Shown here one piece after another: positions 50,354 through 62,726 of a DNA stretch of 64,000 bases (its first letter is position 1; the number at the start of each line of letters is the position of its first letter). The position numbers were made by a program, and so were the translations under genes. The DNA is taken from the NCBI GenBank assembly GCA_964016885.1, contig OZ024742.1, positions 86,242,001 to 86,306,000 on the forward strand, written 5' to 3'. Under the pieces are notes generated by a model. It was not told the DNA's origin, searched no databases, and saw only the letters and a list, made by a program, of their open reading frames with translations. This stretch comes from Eledone cirrhosa (taxonomy: Eukaryota).

Positions 50354-52515
50354 TAACAGATTAAAGTTTAAGCAAAGAATCGCTGCTTTCACCCTTAACG
50401 GGATCTTCTGAAACTAACAAAGTCAATCTGTAAACGCAGAACTGGATATTTCAAAAAACATTGCAACCGGAGGAAGACAGGAAGACGATACTTTGGTTCA
50501 TGGTGACGTTTGCTGGCAAAGAACGGGAAAAAACGAATAATACGTCATTAATAGGAGCGGTGAAAAACAATTACGTGCAAGGACAGAACCACGTTTATGG
50601 TATAAAAGAGGTCGTAGACTAATGTTCTCTAAGTGGTGCATAGAGACGTTCTCTGGCAATGAACGAAAAAACAAAGATAATAAGTCATATGTGGAGCGTG
50701 GAGAACAATAGCGTGCAAAGACAAAACCACGTAAATGGTATAGCATTCTAACTAGGAGACCGAATGAATCTCCGCTACAGAGTTAAGAACAAAGTAAATA
50801 AATACAATACAGAAGTAATAGGAACAAATAAATACATACACGCAAACAGATACGTACATACACAAGCATACGCAAAACCTTACCATAGGTATACAAAACC
50901 ACGCACATATAAATATGTGTATGTGTGTATGCTTGTGTACAAATAAATAAATAATTATATAAACGTATATAAGTAAATAAATACGTATATAACAAGCGCA
51001 CACACATACCTACAAATAAATACATGAAGGTTCGGAGACGTAAGTCAACTAAAACAAGAAGTGCACATATACACACACCCACCATACGTACGAACCTGCA
51101 TACTCACGCAGACGCAAAACTCCCATATACACATAACCAAGCCCTAAATACCAGAATATGTAAAAATGATACGCCAAAACAGTCAAATATACGTACGAGA
51201 AGGTATACATACCTTCACAAAACATACGGGTAATATATACTGACCTATGCAAATAAGTAAAGGAATAAACAAAACATATACTTAGCTCCCACATCAAGAC
51301 GTAAATATCCACGTATAGATCGTGCTATCCGTTAGGGTATAACGTAGGGCTGTAATACAGGAAAGTGTTGTGCAATTTATGTTTACAAGCCGAAATGGCC
51401 TCAGATTTTTTGTTTAAGATGTGGTCTGTGGCGTAGAGTATTTCCAGGGCCTCAGCGGCGCAGAGGTCACATGGTCTTTTATTTCCGTTATACGATCTAG
51501 CCCTAGCTAGGATCTCCCAGTGTAACTTATATTGGGTGTGGTTGTCTTTTAGACGCCAGATATAAGCTGAAAGTGACGTCATATTCCTTCTTAGAGGGTA
51601 ACGAAAGGAATGGGTATGCATGTAAAGACGCTGCTTGAAACTATTGGCGGTTAACCCTATGTAGGCCCTACGGGACGTGGGTGTTACCACCTTACATTTG
51701 TAGACAATGTTACTAGAGAGGCATTTCCCGGATAGGGGACAATCAGCCCGATTCCTACAATTACAGTTAGTACTAACTACAGGGTTGCACGTGTTCCTAC
51801 GGCATTATCTTTAAATTTGTAGAGGGGAAAGATTCTGAAGTTGGGATGATTTTCGTACTCTGTATATGCGACCTTATCGACAAATCCACTTCGAGCAAGA
51901 GCTTTATTGTAATAATTGGAATGGTCGTTGAAAATGCGCTCGTTGGTGGAAAGACGGGAAAGCCTCAACGAAACGTTTTTTACCAGGTTCTTGGTTATGC
52001 TGGCAGGATGGTTGGAATGCTTACTTATGTAATTAAGCGTATCATTCGGCTTTCTATACGGGTAATGCAACCCATTCAATAAATTGAGGGTAACGTCGAG
52101 GTAATTAACGACCGAGAGATTGGCCTCAACCTGTATAGAGAGGTTGAAGCCTTTAAAGAAGGCTGTGAGTTCTTTTCTGAATCTGTCGCAAGCACGAGGT
52201 CCGCACTTAGTCATGGTCAAAAGGCCTTCGTCACGGTACAAACCACCGCCCGCGTTGGGGAATTCGTCCTTGATAGAGAAAAGAAGGAAACGGCCAATAA
52301 GTTCAGTAACCTCCGCAGAGTCACTGGCGCCCATACTCACGTCGAATGGGGTACTATTGGATTTTTTAATCCAAATAGAATCGTCGAAATTAATCACCGA
52401 CTTTCGGGCATTAAGGATGACATCAACTTCGAAATCCTTAACCACTGTGAGTGATTTAGCGAAATTGATAGCTCTAAGGAGAAGTGGTAAAGTGATGGAG
52501 GAGTAGTAATCGAGC
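50350..52515 (-). mobile_element. Penelope-like element C, 5'-truncated
   Basis: YYSSIT, FDVSMGASDSAEV, GGLYRDEGL, VNYLDVTL, SNHP; CNCRNRADCP..CL..NIVYKC..YIGLTANSFKQR..H; 3' region with a ~140-bp tandem duplicate at ~50505-50745. Confidence 0.88.
50365..50415 (-). ncRNA. Degenerate type I hammerhead in Penelope C pLTR
   Basis: Minus: AGTTT-CAGAAGA(core U>A)-TCCC GTTAA GGGT-GAAA-GCA..TGC-TT^-AAACT. Confidence 0.55.
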
Positions 52516-52550
52516 CCTCTCTGGATTTTAATCTTCAATTTTATTATTAT

Positions 52551-52631
<81 letters not shown>

Positions 52632-52638
<7 letters not shown>

Positions 52639-53340
52639 GAGAGGTATAGAGATTGTTTTAGCGAGAAGCTAACAGCATTCTATAACATATATATACGACT
52701 ATAACGTCAAGATGGGAAAAGTAGTTAACGTAAGATTTAGGTAAAATAATTCAAACTCATCTTAAAAGAGAATCAGGATACAAATTCATCCACAGAATTT
52801 AGTGCAATCCAGGGAAAAATCAATAGACCTTTAACTCATGATAAAATAAAGTTTAAAACACTTATCCTTCAATTTGGAATAACATCAAATGCTCTGTATA
52901 GTCTTAAAAGACTATTTCATGAAAACTTTCAGTGGAGATGGTCACGGTTCGATTTTATTCATCAGCAGTGCTCAACAGAAAACCAGGGCTCTCAGTATTA
53001 TAATCTGAAAAAGGGAATTCTAAAACTGGCTAGTTCGCCATCATGTGTAGTTATGAAAAAGCACATGGGGAAAAACGGGGCTAGTGACGTCAGGATGTAA
53101 GTGAATGTTTATTTACAAGAAATAGCAGTCAAATACATTCTGAAAAAAACTCTACAAAAGGAGTTCAGCAAAAATAGCAATAATTATCACAGTTTTTATT
53201 AAAAAACCGGGATTAGTCACAGATAGTTTAAGCACTCTAGGAAAAGAATCCGAGTATAAATATAAATGAGAGGTATAGAGATTGTTTTAGCGAGAAGCTA
53301 ACAGCATTCTATAACATATATGCGACTATAACGTCAAGAT
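52632..53340 (-). mobile_element. Second ORF-less hammerhead element: 629-bp unit with ~80-bp terminal direct repeat
   Basis: 52632-52713 repeats at 53261-53340; (TA)n on both sides; no visible similarity to the 539-bp unit. Confidence 0.78.
52891..52971 (-). ncRNA. Type I hammerhead ribozyme
   Basis: Minus: GCACTG-CTGATGA-ATAAAA...TTTTCAT-GAAA-TAGTCTT TT AAGACTA-TA^-CAGAGC; one mismatch in stem I, one bulge in stem II. Confidence 0.8.
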
Positions 53341-53694
53341 ATATATATATATATACACATACACATTCAACACAGAGTAGAGAGATTGACAACAGGTCGG
53401 TGACTTTGGTCTCGATAGGGTAATGTAAATGTGGTGGTGGGGAGAGAGTCTAGACGCTATTGAGGTGTGGGGGGATGGGCAGCAGTGAGATGTGTATGTG
53501 AGATGTATGTATATGTGTGTATATACATCACTCTGTCAAACGACCAGATTTTAACCCCAACATCTACAACAACAACAGCGGCTCTAATGTTTAAAGCAAC
53601 AACAGCTTCAGAATGAATTGAAATTAACATTTACAACAGCGGCATCAAACGATAAAAACAAATCAAAATAACAAAACACACACACACACACACA

Positions 53695-53746
<52 letters not shown>

Positions 53747-53829
53747 ACACAACAACAACATCAAGTGCCACCACCACCCCTCACTTCCAGCGACCGGGCC
53801 TTAAGAAAACAACTTTAATAATAATATTT

Positions 53830-53975
53830 GTTCTGCTTTCGGCACGGGCCCAGCGACTGTTCTAGCGCATTACTGGTACTCTATTTTGTTGACTCCGTGG
53901 GGATGAAAGGCAAAGTTGACCTCGACGGGACTTGATCTCGGAGCATGGAGAGCCATAGCTCTGTGCTGTAAGGCA
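53830..53975 (-). mobile_element. Diverged 5'-truncated SINE
   Basis: Plus strand TACTGGTACT..GGATGAAAGGCAAAGTTGACCTCG is the reverse complement of the Meta-like domain; AAT tail at ~53817. Confidence 0.75.
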
Positions 53976-54068
53976 ATTATAATAATACTGAACTGTAACA
54001 CGAACGGCTTCAACTATACGAACTCTTGAAAGTCAACAGTTGACATAATCTTGTATCAATAATGACGG

Positions 54069-54101
<33 letters not shown>

Positions 54102-54142
54102 GACGGTAATATATATATATATATATATATATATAATGACTG

Positions 54143-54200
<58 letters not shown>

Positions 54201-54658
54201 AAGTGAGTAGCGTGTGTGTATTTGTTTGTATGTATGAGTTTTGGTGTGTGCGCGCGTATATATGTGTGTGTGTGCGCGTGTGTGTATGTCGTATGTATAA
54301 GTGTCACTAAGTGATTTTTTTTTTTTTTATGCGCGGGGACATAGAAATAATCGGGCTGGATACTCTATCGCGCAGTTAAACTACTGGGAGTGAACAACCC
54401 CTAGCTCTTGTCAGGGCATTCTTCTAGGAGAAGGCATTTCAGGAAACTGGGTTAACTCCGACAGAAAACCTGCGGCTCAGCAGTTACCGATGATGTTGAT
54501 CTTTTCTTCTTTTCGGGTTATAACTACTGTCGCTCAGAGAGTGGGATTGGCTCAGTGCACAGTCTTTCCTCAAATTAAAAATATTCGTCAGCACAGGCAT
54601 TGCACGATTGCATTAATTAATAATTATTAATAGTGTATTATTATTATTATTATTATTA

Positions 54659-55100
54659 GGCATACGTCAAGACGGGCGGTCTCAAAAGTGAAACAAATTT
54701 TTGACAGTTACGTAAGTGATTACTTTCACACACAATGTCATTATTTAAAAAGAAAACATACAATTGTGTACATGCATATATATATATACATATACAAATT
54801 CATACAAATGTGTATGTGTGCATAAATATATATATACATACATATATATATATATACAGACATATATATCCACACAAACACACATATATATACACACAAA
54901 CACATATATACACAAACATATATATACGTCTAAACCCATGCTTGCGTGGAAGTTAGACGTTAAACGATGATGATGACACAAACACATATATATATACAAA
55001 CACACATATATATATATAAATATACATACACACACACATATATATACACACATGTCAAAAATTAGTTTCACTTTTGAGACCGCCCGTCTTGACGTATGCC
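54659..55100. mobile_element. MITE / non-autonomous DNA transposon with 48-bp TIRs
   Basis: TIR GGCATACGTCAAGACGGGCGGTCTCAAAAGTGAAAC(A/T)AATTTTTGACA at 54659-54706 and 55053-55100 (1 mismatch); TTA (or TTATTATTA) on both sides. Confidence 0.88.
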
Positions 55101-55128
55101 TTATTATTATAATACACTATTATTCACA

Positions 55129-55307
55129 CGGTGAATTGGCAGTATCGGTAGAGGGTTGGATTATGCTTTCAGCATAGTTACGTCCCTTTACGATCTGAGT
55201 TCAATTCCCGCCGAGGTTAACTTTGCCTTTCATCCTTACAGGGTCGATAAAATAAAGTACCAGTAATGTACTGGTTATTTGCTGGCCTTGTGCCAAAAGT
55301 AGAAACA
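55129..55307 (+). mobile_element. Full-length tRNA-derived Meta-domain SINE
   Basis: Head, box B GAGTTCAATTCCCGCC, central domain, tail plus (ATT)n. Confidence 0.92.
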
Positions 55308-55319
55308 ATTATTATTATT

Positions 55320-55712
55320 GTTCTTTGAGTCTCAGTCATTGATGTTATTTAACTGGAAAGTTTGTTGAGATGAATGTCAAGCCACTCCCTGCAGCCTCAG
55401 ATATTCAGGACGTATCGGAGGGTTCTTGCTGTTCCCAGAAAGCATGCCTTTTGAAGTGTTCCAAAAAGCGGGGCGGGACCAATTTTCTTTAACCATCCTT
55501 GGAAACTCTTTGAGATAGTACCTAGTGCGCCTAAGACAGTTGGGACCACTTTAACCTCATGGCAGTTCCAAATCCTTTTTACCTCTCATTTTAAGTCCTG
55601 GTATCGGTTAATTTTCTCCCTCTCCTTATCTTGCACTCTCGTGTCGAATGGGCAGGCTACATCCTCAATCAGGCACTATCTTTTTCCCTTGTCCAAAACC
55701 ACCAGGTCAGAT
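55320..55712 (-). mobile_element. R4/Dong family 2 3' fragment inserted in the SINE (ATT)n tail
   Basis: Homologous to ~13841-14230; ATT-type tracts on both sides. Confidence 0.88.
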
Positions 55713-55765
55713 CTTATTATTATTGTTACTATTATTATTACTTTTTTTTTTTTTTTCAAAATTCA

Positions 55766-58700
55766 ATGATGTTCCAAAACAATAGAGGTTCTGGAACAAA
55801 AAAAGATAATTGGCAATAAGGGCAGGGGCCCCAGGTTATCACAGCCTAGGCCCGCTCGTCATCGTGCCACTGTAATAGAGCCAAACAAGGCATTTAGTCT
55901 TGGCTGCTGGAACGTACGGACGTTGCTTGACAGGGATTCCTTAGAGCGTCCTGAACGAAGGACTGCTCTTGTTGCAAAGGAGCTTCGACGTTACGATCTT
56001 GACATCGCGGCTTTATCTGAGACGAGGTTAGCTGGAGATGGTCATCTTACAAAATTTTGTGGAGAATATACATTCTTCTGGAAAGGAAGAGATGAAGGAA
56101 CCAGAAGAGAGGCTGGGTAGCATTTGCTGTTAAGACAGTTCTTGTGAATACATTAGAAGAATTCCCAGTAGGGATTAGTGAGCGTCTTATGTCCATGAGA
56201 ATTCCGCTGGACAAAGGAAGGTATGCGACCCTTGTGAGTGTGTATACTCCAACTATGAATTCTGTCGATGAAGAAAAAGTGTCCTTTTACCATGCCTTGA
56301 ATGGTGTTTTAAGAAATATCCCTCATGCAGAAAAAAAGTCATCGTGCTTGGTGACTTTAATGCTAGAGTGGGTAGGGATTTTAACACATGGAATGTAATC
56401 GGAAGGCTTGAGATGGGAAAGTGCAACAACAATGCATGCTCCTGCGGCAGATGTGTTAGGAGCTGGATCTGTGTGTTACCAACACTGTGTTCCAACAAAA
56501 GAACACATTCAAGACCACATGGATGCATCCTGTATCTAAGAAATGGCATTTTTGGACTACGTCCTAGTCAGGATGAGTGACAGACAGGATGTGCAGTGTG
56601 TTCGTGTTCTTCGTGGAGCTGAGTGGTGGACGGACCACCGCCTGGTACGCGCAAAAGTGAAACTAATCACTAAACGTATAATCCGGACTCTCGGTGTTTC
56701 CCTGCCCAGAAGATTGAATGCTGCTCGTCTTAAGGATAAAAATGTGAAGAGGACATTGCAAGAAGAGATGCAGGTTGCAGATCTTGGTGACCATTGGCCG
56801 ACCCTTAAAAAGTCGGTTTATGATGTAGGCAGTCGTGTTCTGGGATTGGTGCAGAGAAAACATCAGGACTGGTTTAATGAGAATGATGTACATATAGAAT
56901 ACTTGTTGGCTGATAGGAGTCGTGCTCTGTCACGCTACTTGACGGCAAACCCACAGGAGAAGAATACGTTGCATAAGGAACTCTAGGATGTGGAATCACG
57001 TGTTAGGCGGAGTCTTTCTCAGAGGAAGGATCAGTGGTGGAGTGAGAAGGCTGATGAGATACAAACTGCGTCAGATTCCAATAACACAAAGCTGTTGTAC
57101 ATTCTCTTGCGTGGTGTTAATGGATCGTCTTCTTCTCTGGTGACACCGCTTCGCAACAAGGATGGCAAAGAACTTCTTCGTGACTCACAAGGAATTCTAC
57201 GAAGGTGGCGAGAGCATTTGATGATCTTTTGAATCAGCTGTCTGTCGTCAATGAAGATTTCCTCAATCTTATTCCAGAAACTCCTGTGAAAGTAGCTCTC
57301 GCAGAACCTCCGACGCTTGTGGAGGTTGTAGTGGCTATCTCGAAGCTTAACAGTGGAAGGTATCCAGGTATGGATGGCATACATGCTGAGATCCTACAAT
57401 ATGGTGGTGAGAAACTCCTGCAACATCTGCACTCTTTGTTTGGAGTGGAGAGATGCAGTAATGGTGGTCTTGTACAAGGGAAAGTGTAACAGAAATGATT
57501 GTGGGAACTACAGAGGTATATCATTTCTTTCTGCCGTAGGGAAAGTTTTAGGTAGGGTGCTTCTGTACCGTCTGCTGACACACATTGCAGATTGTGTTCT
57601 TCTTGAAACTGAATCTGGTTTTCGTGCTGGACGTGGCACTACTGATATGATCTTCTCAGCTAGACAGCTCCAGGAGAAGTGCATGGAACAAAGTTTGGAT
57701 CTGTATCAGGTTTTTGTCGATCTGACAAAAGCTTTCGATTCTGTTACTGTTAACAGAAACGCATTATGGAAGATTCTCCAGAAACTTGGTTGACCTGATA
57801 AGTTCCTTGCTTTAGTTAGGTCTTTCCATGACGACATGAAGGCTTGGGTTACATGGAGGTAACATGTCGGAGCCTATCTCAGTAAAAAATGTTTGCCATA
57901 TACTTTGCCAAATGTTTGCCATATACTTTGCAGTGGTTTTCTGTATTGCATTCAGGAATTGCGAGCATGGTGTTTACATCCGATATCGAACCTCAGGCAG
58001 CATAGTTAACATCAGGCGCTTTGCTGCAAAGACAAAAGTATTTACATCTATCTAAAGAGAGCTCTTGTATGCAGATGATTGCGATCTTGTAGCGCACACA
58101 GAGAGTGATATGCAACACATTTTGAATGCATTTCCTGATGCTTGCACTGCCCTAGGATTGACTGTCAGTCTCAAGAAAACCGTCGGCATGTACCAACCTG
58201 CCATTGGTAAGCAGTACAGTGAACCAAATATCTATGCGTATGGACTTGGAGTGGTTAATCAGTTTGTCTACCTGGGAAGCACTGACAATCGATACGGCAA
58301 CCTTGATCGTGAAATCTCACTTAGGATTAGGAAAGCAAGTGATGCTTTCGGGAAGCTAGAAAGACGACTCTGGTTCGGCGAAACATATGCAAGACAAAGG
58401 TAAAGGTGTACAAGGCATGCGTGCTCTCTTCTCTTCTTTATGCCTGCGAGACCTGGGTCACATATCGACACCACCTTAAGCAATTGGAGCGTTTGCATCA
58501 GATGTGTCTCAGACGGATCCATGGCCTTCACTAGAGGGACCAGATCAGTGATGTCGAAATTTTGGAAAGTTCTATGCGCATAGAAGCTCTTGTGCTTCAG
58601 CACCGACTCCGTTGGAGTGGTCACCTTGTCAGGATGAATGATTCTAGAATACCAAAACAACTCTATTATGGAGAGTTAGTTAAAGGAAAACGACCGCCAC

Positions 58701-59219
58701 ATAAACCAACAGAGATGTATAAGGATTCCTTGAAAGCCTCTTTGAAAGACGCTAACATCTCTGCTGATACATGGGAAAATATTGCTGCTGATAGTAATAA
58801 ATGGAGAAAGAGTATATATGAGGGAAAAGTTGACATTGAGGCATCTCGAATCGCATACGAGAAAGTAAAGCGGGATGTGAGGAAGGGGATTGCTGTTTCA
58901 GACGGCGAGAGTCCTCCTATGGTGCTGACATGCAACGTCTGTGCGAGACTCTGCCTAAGCAAAGCTGGACTCGAAAGTCATCTTCGCAGTCATAAAGTAA
59001 GACCAGTGGTTGACTACCAGGCTGCTGTTGGAGATGCTATTCTTCCTGCTTGCCAATCATGTGGTAGAGAATGTAAATCAGCAGGACTCAAACGACATGC
59101 ACAAGTACATGAACTCCAACCCGGCTATTCCCAATGAATGTTTTGGTTGCCGACTCTGTGCAAGACATTTTAGATCATTGGCTGGGCTAAAAGGCCACAT
59201 TCGATTGCAGCGCTGTTAA
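55766..59219 (+). pseudogene. RTE ORF (APE, RT, three C-terminal C2H2-type fingers), many stops and frameshifts
   Basis: WNVRTL, LSETR, GDFNA, TDHRL, YRGISFLS, FVDLTKAFDSV, YADD, YLGS, RLRWSGH; CNVC..HLRSH, CQSC..HAQVH, CRLC..HIR. Confidence 0.9.
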
Positions 59220-59408
59220 TTGCTATCGTGTGGGTGTGTGAGTATAGATATGTTTATATGTGTGCGTGTGTGTGTATATATATATATGTATGTATATTAT
59301 TATTATTGTTGTAGTCGTTATTATTATTGTTGTTATTAGTATTATTATTGTAATTAATTTTTTTTTTCTCATGCAATGGCCATACTCGATAACGAGGGGG
59401 CAGCCTTC

Positions 59409-59439
<31 letters not shown>

Positions 59440-59518
59440 CGTATGTATGTATGTATGTATGTATGTATGTATGTATGTATGTATGTATGTATGTATATAT
59501 ATATATGTGTGTGTGCGT

Positions 59519-60124
59519 GGTCACCAGTTGGTGCTACTGGTAACATGTATCCCAGTACAACCTGTCTCATGGTCGGGTCGTTGGCGACTAAACTGGCAAC
59601 CCCCACCAAGGTTTCTTGGTGAGGAGGGTGACTTTGGACATCCTGCAGGACTAAAAACAAAACCTGTCAAAGGGCAAGGGAGCTCTTAAGAGTCAATAGC
59701 CATCCAAAATCACCGGGAGAGATGACCCCTTAGCCTTTGTCAAGGCAGAATTCTAGGAGAAGGAAAACTCTGATATAACACCTGCAACCCTGATGGTATC
59801 CAATGATGTTGACTTGTTCTTCTTTTTGGTAAATATCATCTTGGTTAAGAGAGTGGGACTGGCTTTGTGCAGTGCCTTTGCTCACTATAAAAGCTTCACG
59901 GTACAGGCATTGCTTTATATCTGGAGATCTCTCTGCACTTGTCATCACATGGTACCATGGGCCCTGCACTATGTGTCAATAATTGTCACAAGTGTAGCCT
60001 TTGTACCAGAGTTTTCAAGTCGCTGGCTGGACTAAAAAGTCGCATTCATTCAGCGCATCGGTAGGGGTTCTCCTACATGGATATAAAGTAGTGGCCGTAC
60101 TCGAAAACGAGTTGGCAGCCACCA
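59519..60124 (+). mobile_element. Bipartite RTE-derived element, copy 3 (full length)
   Basis: Co-linear with 45678-46274; ends GCAGCCACC+(TA)n. Confidence 0.85.
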
Positions 60125-60164
60125 TATATATATATGTGTGTGTGCGTGTGTGTGTATGTATATA

Positions 60165-60200
<36 letters not shown>

Positions 60201-60218
60201 TGTATGTATGTATGTATG

Positions 60219-60290
<72 letters not shown>

Positions 60291-60340
60291 TGTATATATA
60301 GTGTATTTTGCAATATACTGTATGCTTAATTAAAAGCATT

Positions 60341-60701
60341 TCGATGACCTTATGCTATTGTTTTAGAGTAGTGACAGTCTCACTTTAAAATTTCAGCAAA
60401 CTAGGGGAGATAAAGCTGACAGAGCTCTGTTTCGGACTTTTTTGTACTTATCAAAGCTATTACTCCACCTGTTTGCTGAAAATCATGAATGTTTGATTCT
60501 TATAGAATTCTAGTAATAATCAGAGCACCAATTCTAATTTTCAATTTCTGATTGACCGGCAACCGTTCTGTTTAATCAGTTCCTGTTTATTACTAGAATT
60601 CTATAAGAATGAAACATTCATGATTTTCAGCAAACAGGTTTGCTGAAATTTTAAAGTAAGTGAGACTGTCACTACTCTAAGAAATAGCGTAAGGTCTTCG
60701 A
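60341..60701. repeat. ~360-bp fold-back palindrome
   Basis: 60341-60401 pairs with 60638-60701; 60467-60519 pairs with 60587-60639. Confidence 0.85.
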
Positions 60702-61540
60702 TAATAAACACACGCACAGTTGCTTTATAAATTTTATAAATATAATTTTTAAAATGGTTACTGTTGGCTGGTTGGTTCCACAACCGGATGGTTGTTCACA
60801 TATTGTTAAAGTTCTTTTGTCACACATGTTGTGACCTCTTCAATGATTGGGGATTCTTTTATTTGTTCTGTCCTACGCCATCTTGTCTTCGTGTGTGTTG
60901 TGTGCCTAGTTTGGGCATGTGTTACATCCGGGTGTCTGTGTGTGTTTTTTATTTGTTTATTTATTTGTTTATTTACATCTTACTAGTTAGTTGTTTGTTC
61001 AATATGTGTGTGTTTTTCTTTTGTCCTTAATTATAAGTTGTGATGTTGCTATTCCATTCATGTTTTCTATTTAATTTTGGTTGGAGTTCATTTATGTTTA
61101 TTGCCTTTGTGATTTGTCTAAGCATTGCGTCTTTTCTGAGTGTAGATTATATTTTTATCTCTATGTTCTCTAATTGGCCCTTATGTTCTATTTTAGCATA
61201 TTGGTGGAGTATTGATGAGTCTTTTCTATCTTGGAATTATTGCCACTGTTCATTTAAACGTTCTCCTATGCTACGAGCTATCTCAACTATGTATATTATA
61301 TTCTTATTTTTACATTATGCTATATACTATGTATATAGCATAAGATGTACTGAGGGACAATGTAAACATGAACAAACATCCGGTTGTGGAACCAACCAGC
61401 CAACCGGAAATTTATAAAATTTATAAAAAATTGAAATGAAACAATTGGTGCGTGTGTTTCTTATTGGCAGCATGACCCTCCCAAAGTGTAACAATGTCGG
61501 TTTCAACACACGTTTTCAGATAAAGAATCATGCTAAACAA
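60702..61540 (-). mobile_element. Penelope-like element D remnant: degenerate GIY-YIG with inverted terminal segment
   Basis: Minus ~61300-61050 reads YIVEIARSIGERLNE..SSILHQY..EH..MLRQITKAININELQPKLNRKHEW; ~60706-60800 is inverted at ~61358-61458. Confidence 0.6.
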
Positions 61541-61567
61541 ATTCAGAAACGAAATATATATATATAT

Positions 61568-61628
<61 letters not shown>

Positions 61629-62686
61629 CTGTATGTATGTATATTTTATTCTCATTTATGTTTCCAAATAATCACACACACATTATAACGGTAACATACC
61701 ACCTTTATCATGGACATACAGATTGTTTTGTGTAAAATCATTGTCAGGAATATTAATTCTCATATCCGATTGATTTCTCATATCTGATTGTCTTCTAATC
61801 ATACACTTCGACTAGAGATAATGCAAGTTATAATTATTTTAGCAGCATACACACAGACCCTTCACATAAATATGTCAACATATTGAAACTGTATTTACAT
61901 GAAGCAACAAGAACATTATGAAACTTTCTGATATGCAATTTATGAAAATAACTTTTGGCTAAGAAAATTCTAGTAACTTTGAAAATGAATAACATTTGAG
62001 AAATTCTGGGTAATAAAAAGTAACAGTGAAAGGATGGAAGAGATATTTTATGTTAGTTCTTGCTGTATAATGGTCAAGAATATATGATATCTACACACTA
62101 TTGCACGCACAGGATACGCACACGCGCACACAACGACAATATACGATAGCACTGACACCCTCAAAAATAGACATATATATGCGGAAATTACATGTGTATA
62201 TAATGAATATCTAGCCATCGTTCCACACATATTTGATGCCTGAAATCTAAACTATAATAAAGTAAGAATAGCGGGATTGCGTACTATTTGTAACTTTTTA
62301 TCACCTTAGTAAAATAAGTTGGATTACTTTGAATAAATAATGAACGAATATTACATAATTTATCTACTAACTTTCCTGGCTGTTCATTAAATATATTTTA
62401 TTATTTATTTAAAGATTCAATTCTTTATAATTTTCAAATATAAACACTTCCGGCGGTGATCGTTTAAATAAATACTCATATATTTCCGTCACTAATTTGC
62501 TCCTAATGCAGTTTATATATAATAACGTCTTTTTAATTCATCATGGATTACATTACTGATTAAATAAGACAGTGTAACACAGTCTTGGTTCAATTTCTGT
62601 GTATATTGTCAATTACGATTTTATTTGATGTATCATATCTACATGCATATATACTTGCGTAGAATATCAATATACACACTACACAT

Positions 62687-62726
62687 ACTAGCAGAAAACC
62701 ACCCGAAAGGTGGTTTTTATGCTAGT
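62687..62726. other. Isolated 40-bp hairpin ending in CTAG|T
   Basis: ACTAGCAGAAAACCACC CGAAA GGTGGTTTTTATGCTAGT. Confidence 0.5.

Larger units (their letters stand above)
54330..59408 (+). mobile_element. RTE-clade LINE, near full length; 5'UTR (54330-54612) split from the body by MITE, SINE and R4 insertions
   Basis: 5'UTR motif TTCTAGGAGAAGG; ORF below; 3' hairpin CTCGATAACGAG at ~59384-59395. Joining the UTR to the body is inferred. Confidence 0.8.

Noticed and set aside
54057-54190. AATGACGGTAA repeated with spacers (CRISPR-like look)
   Set aside because: The spacers are just (TA)n; this is a slippage-derived minisatellite.
59519-59600. Possible HDV-like ribozyme at the RTE-derived 5' end (CCAGT...GGCGACTAAACTGG)
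   Set aside because: P2/P4/J4-2-like pieces are present, but I could not build P1, P3 and L3, and copy 1 differs. Needs an RNAmotif search.
62695-62720. Rho-independent terminator-like hairpin
   Set aside because: Eukaryotic context with no bacterial genes nearby.
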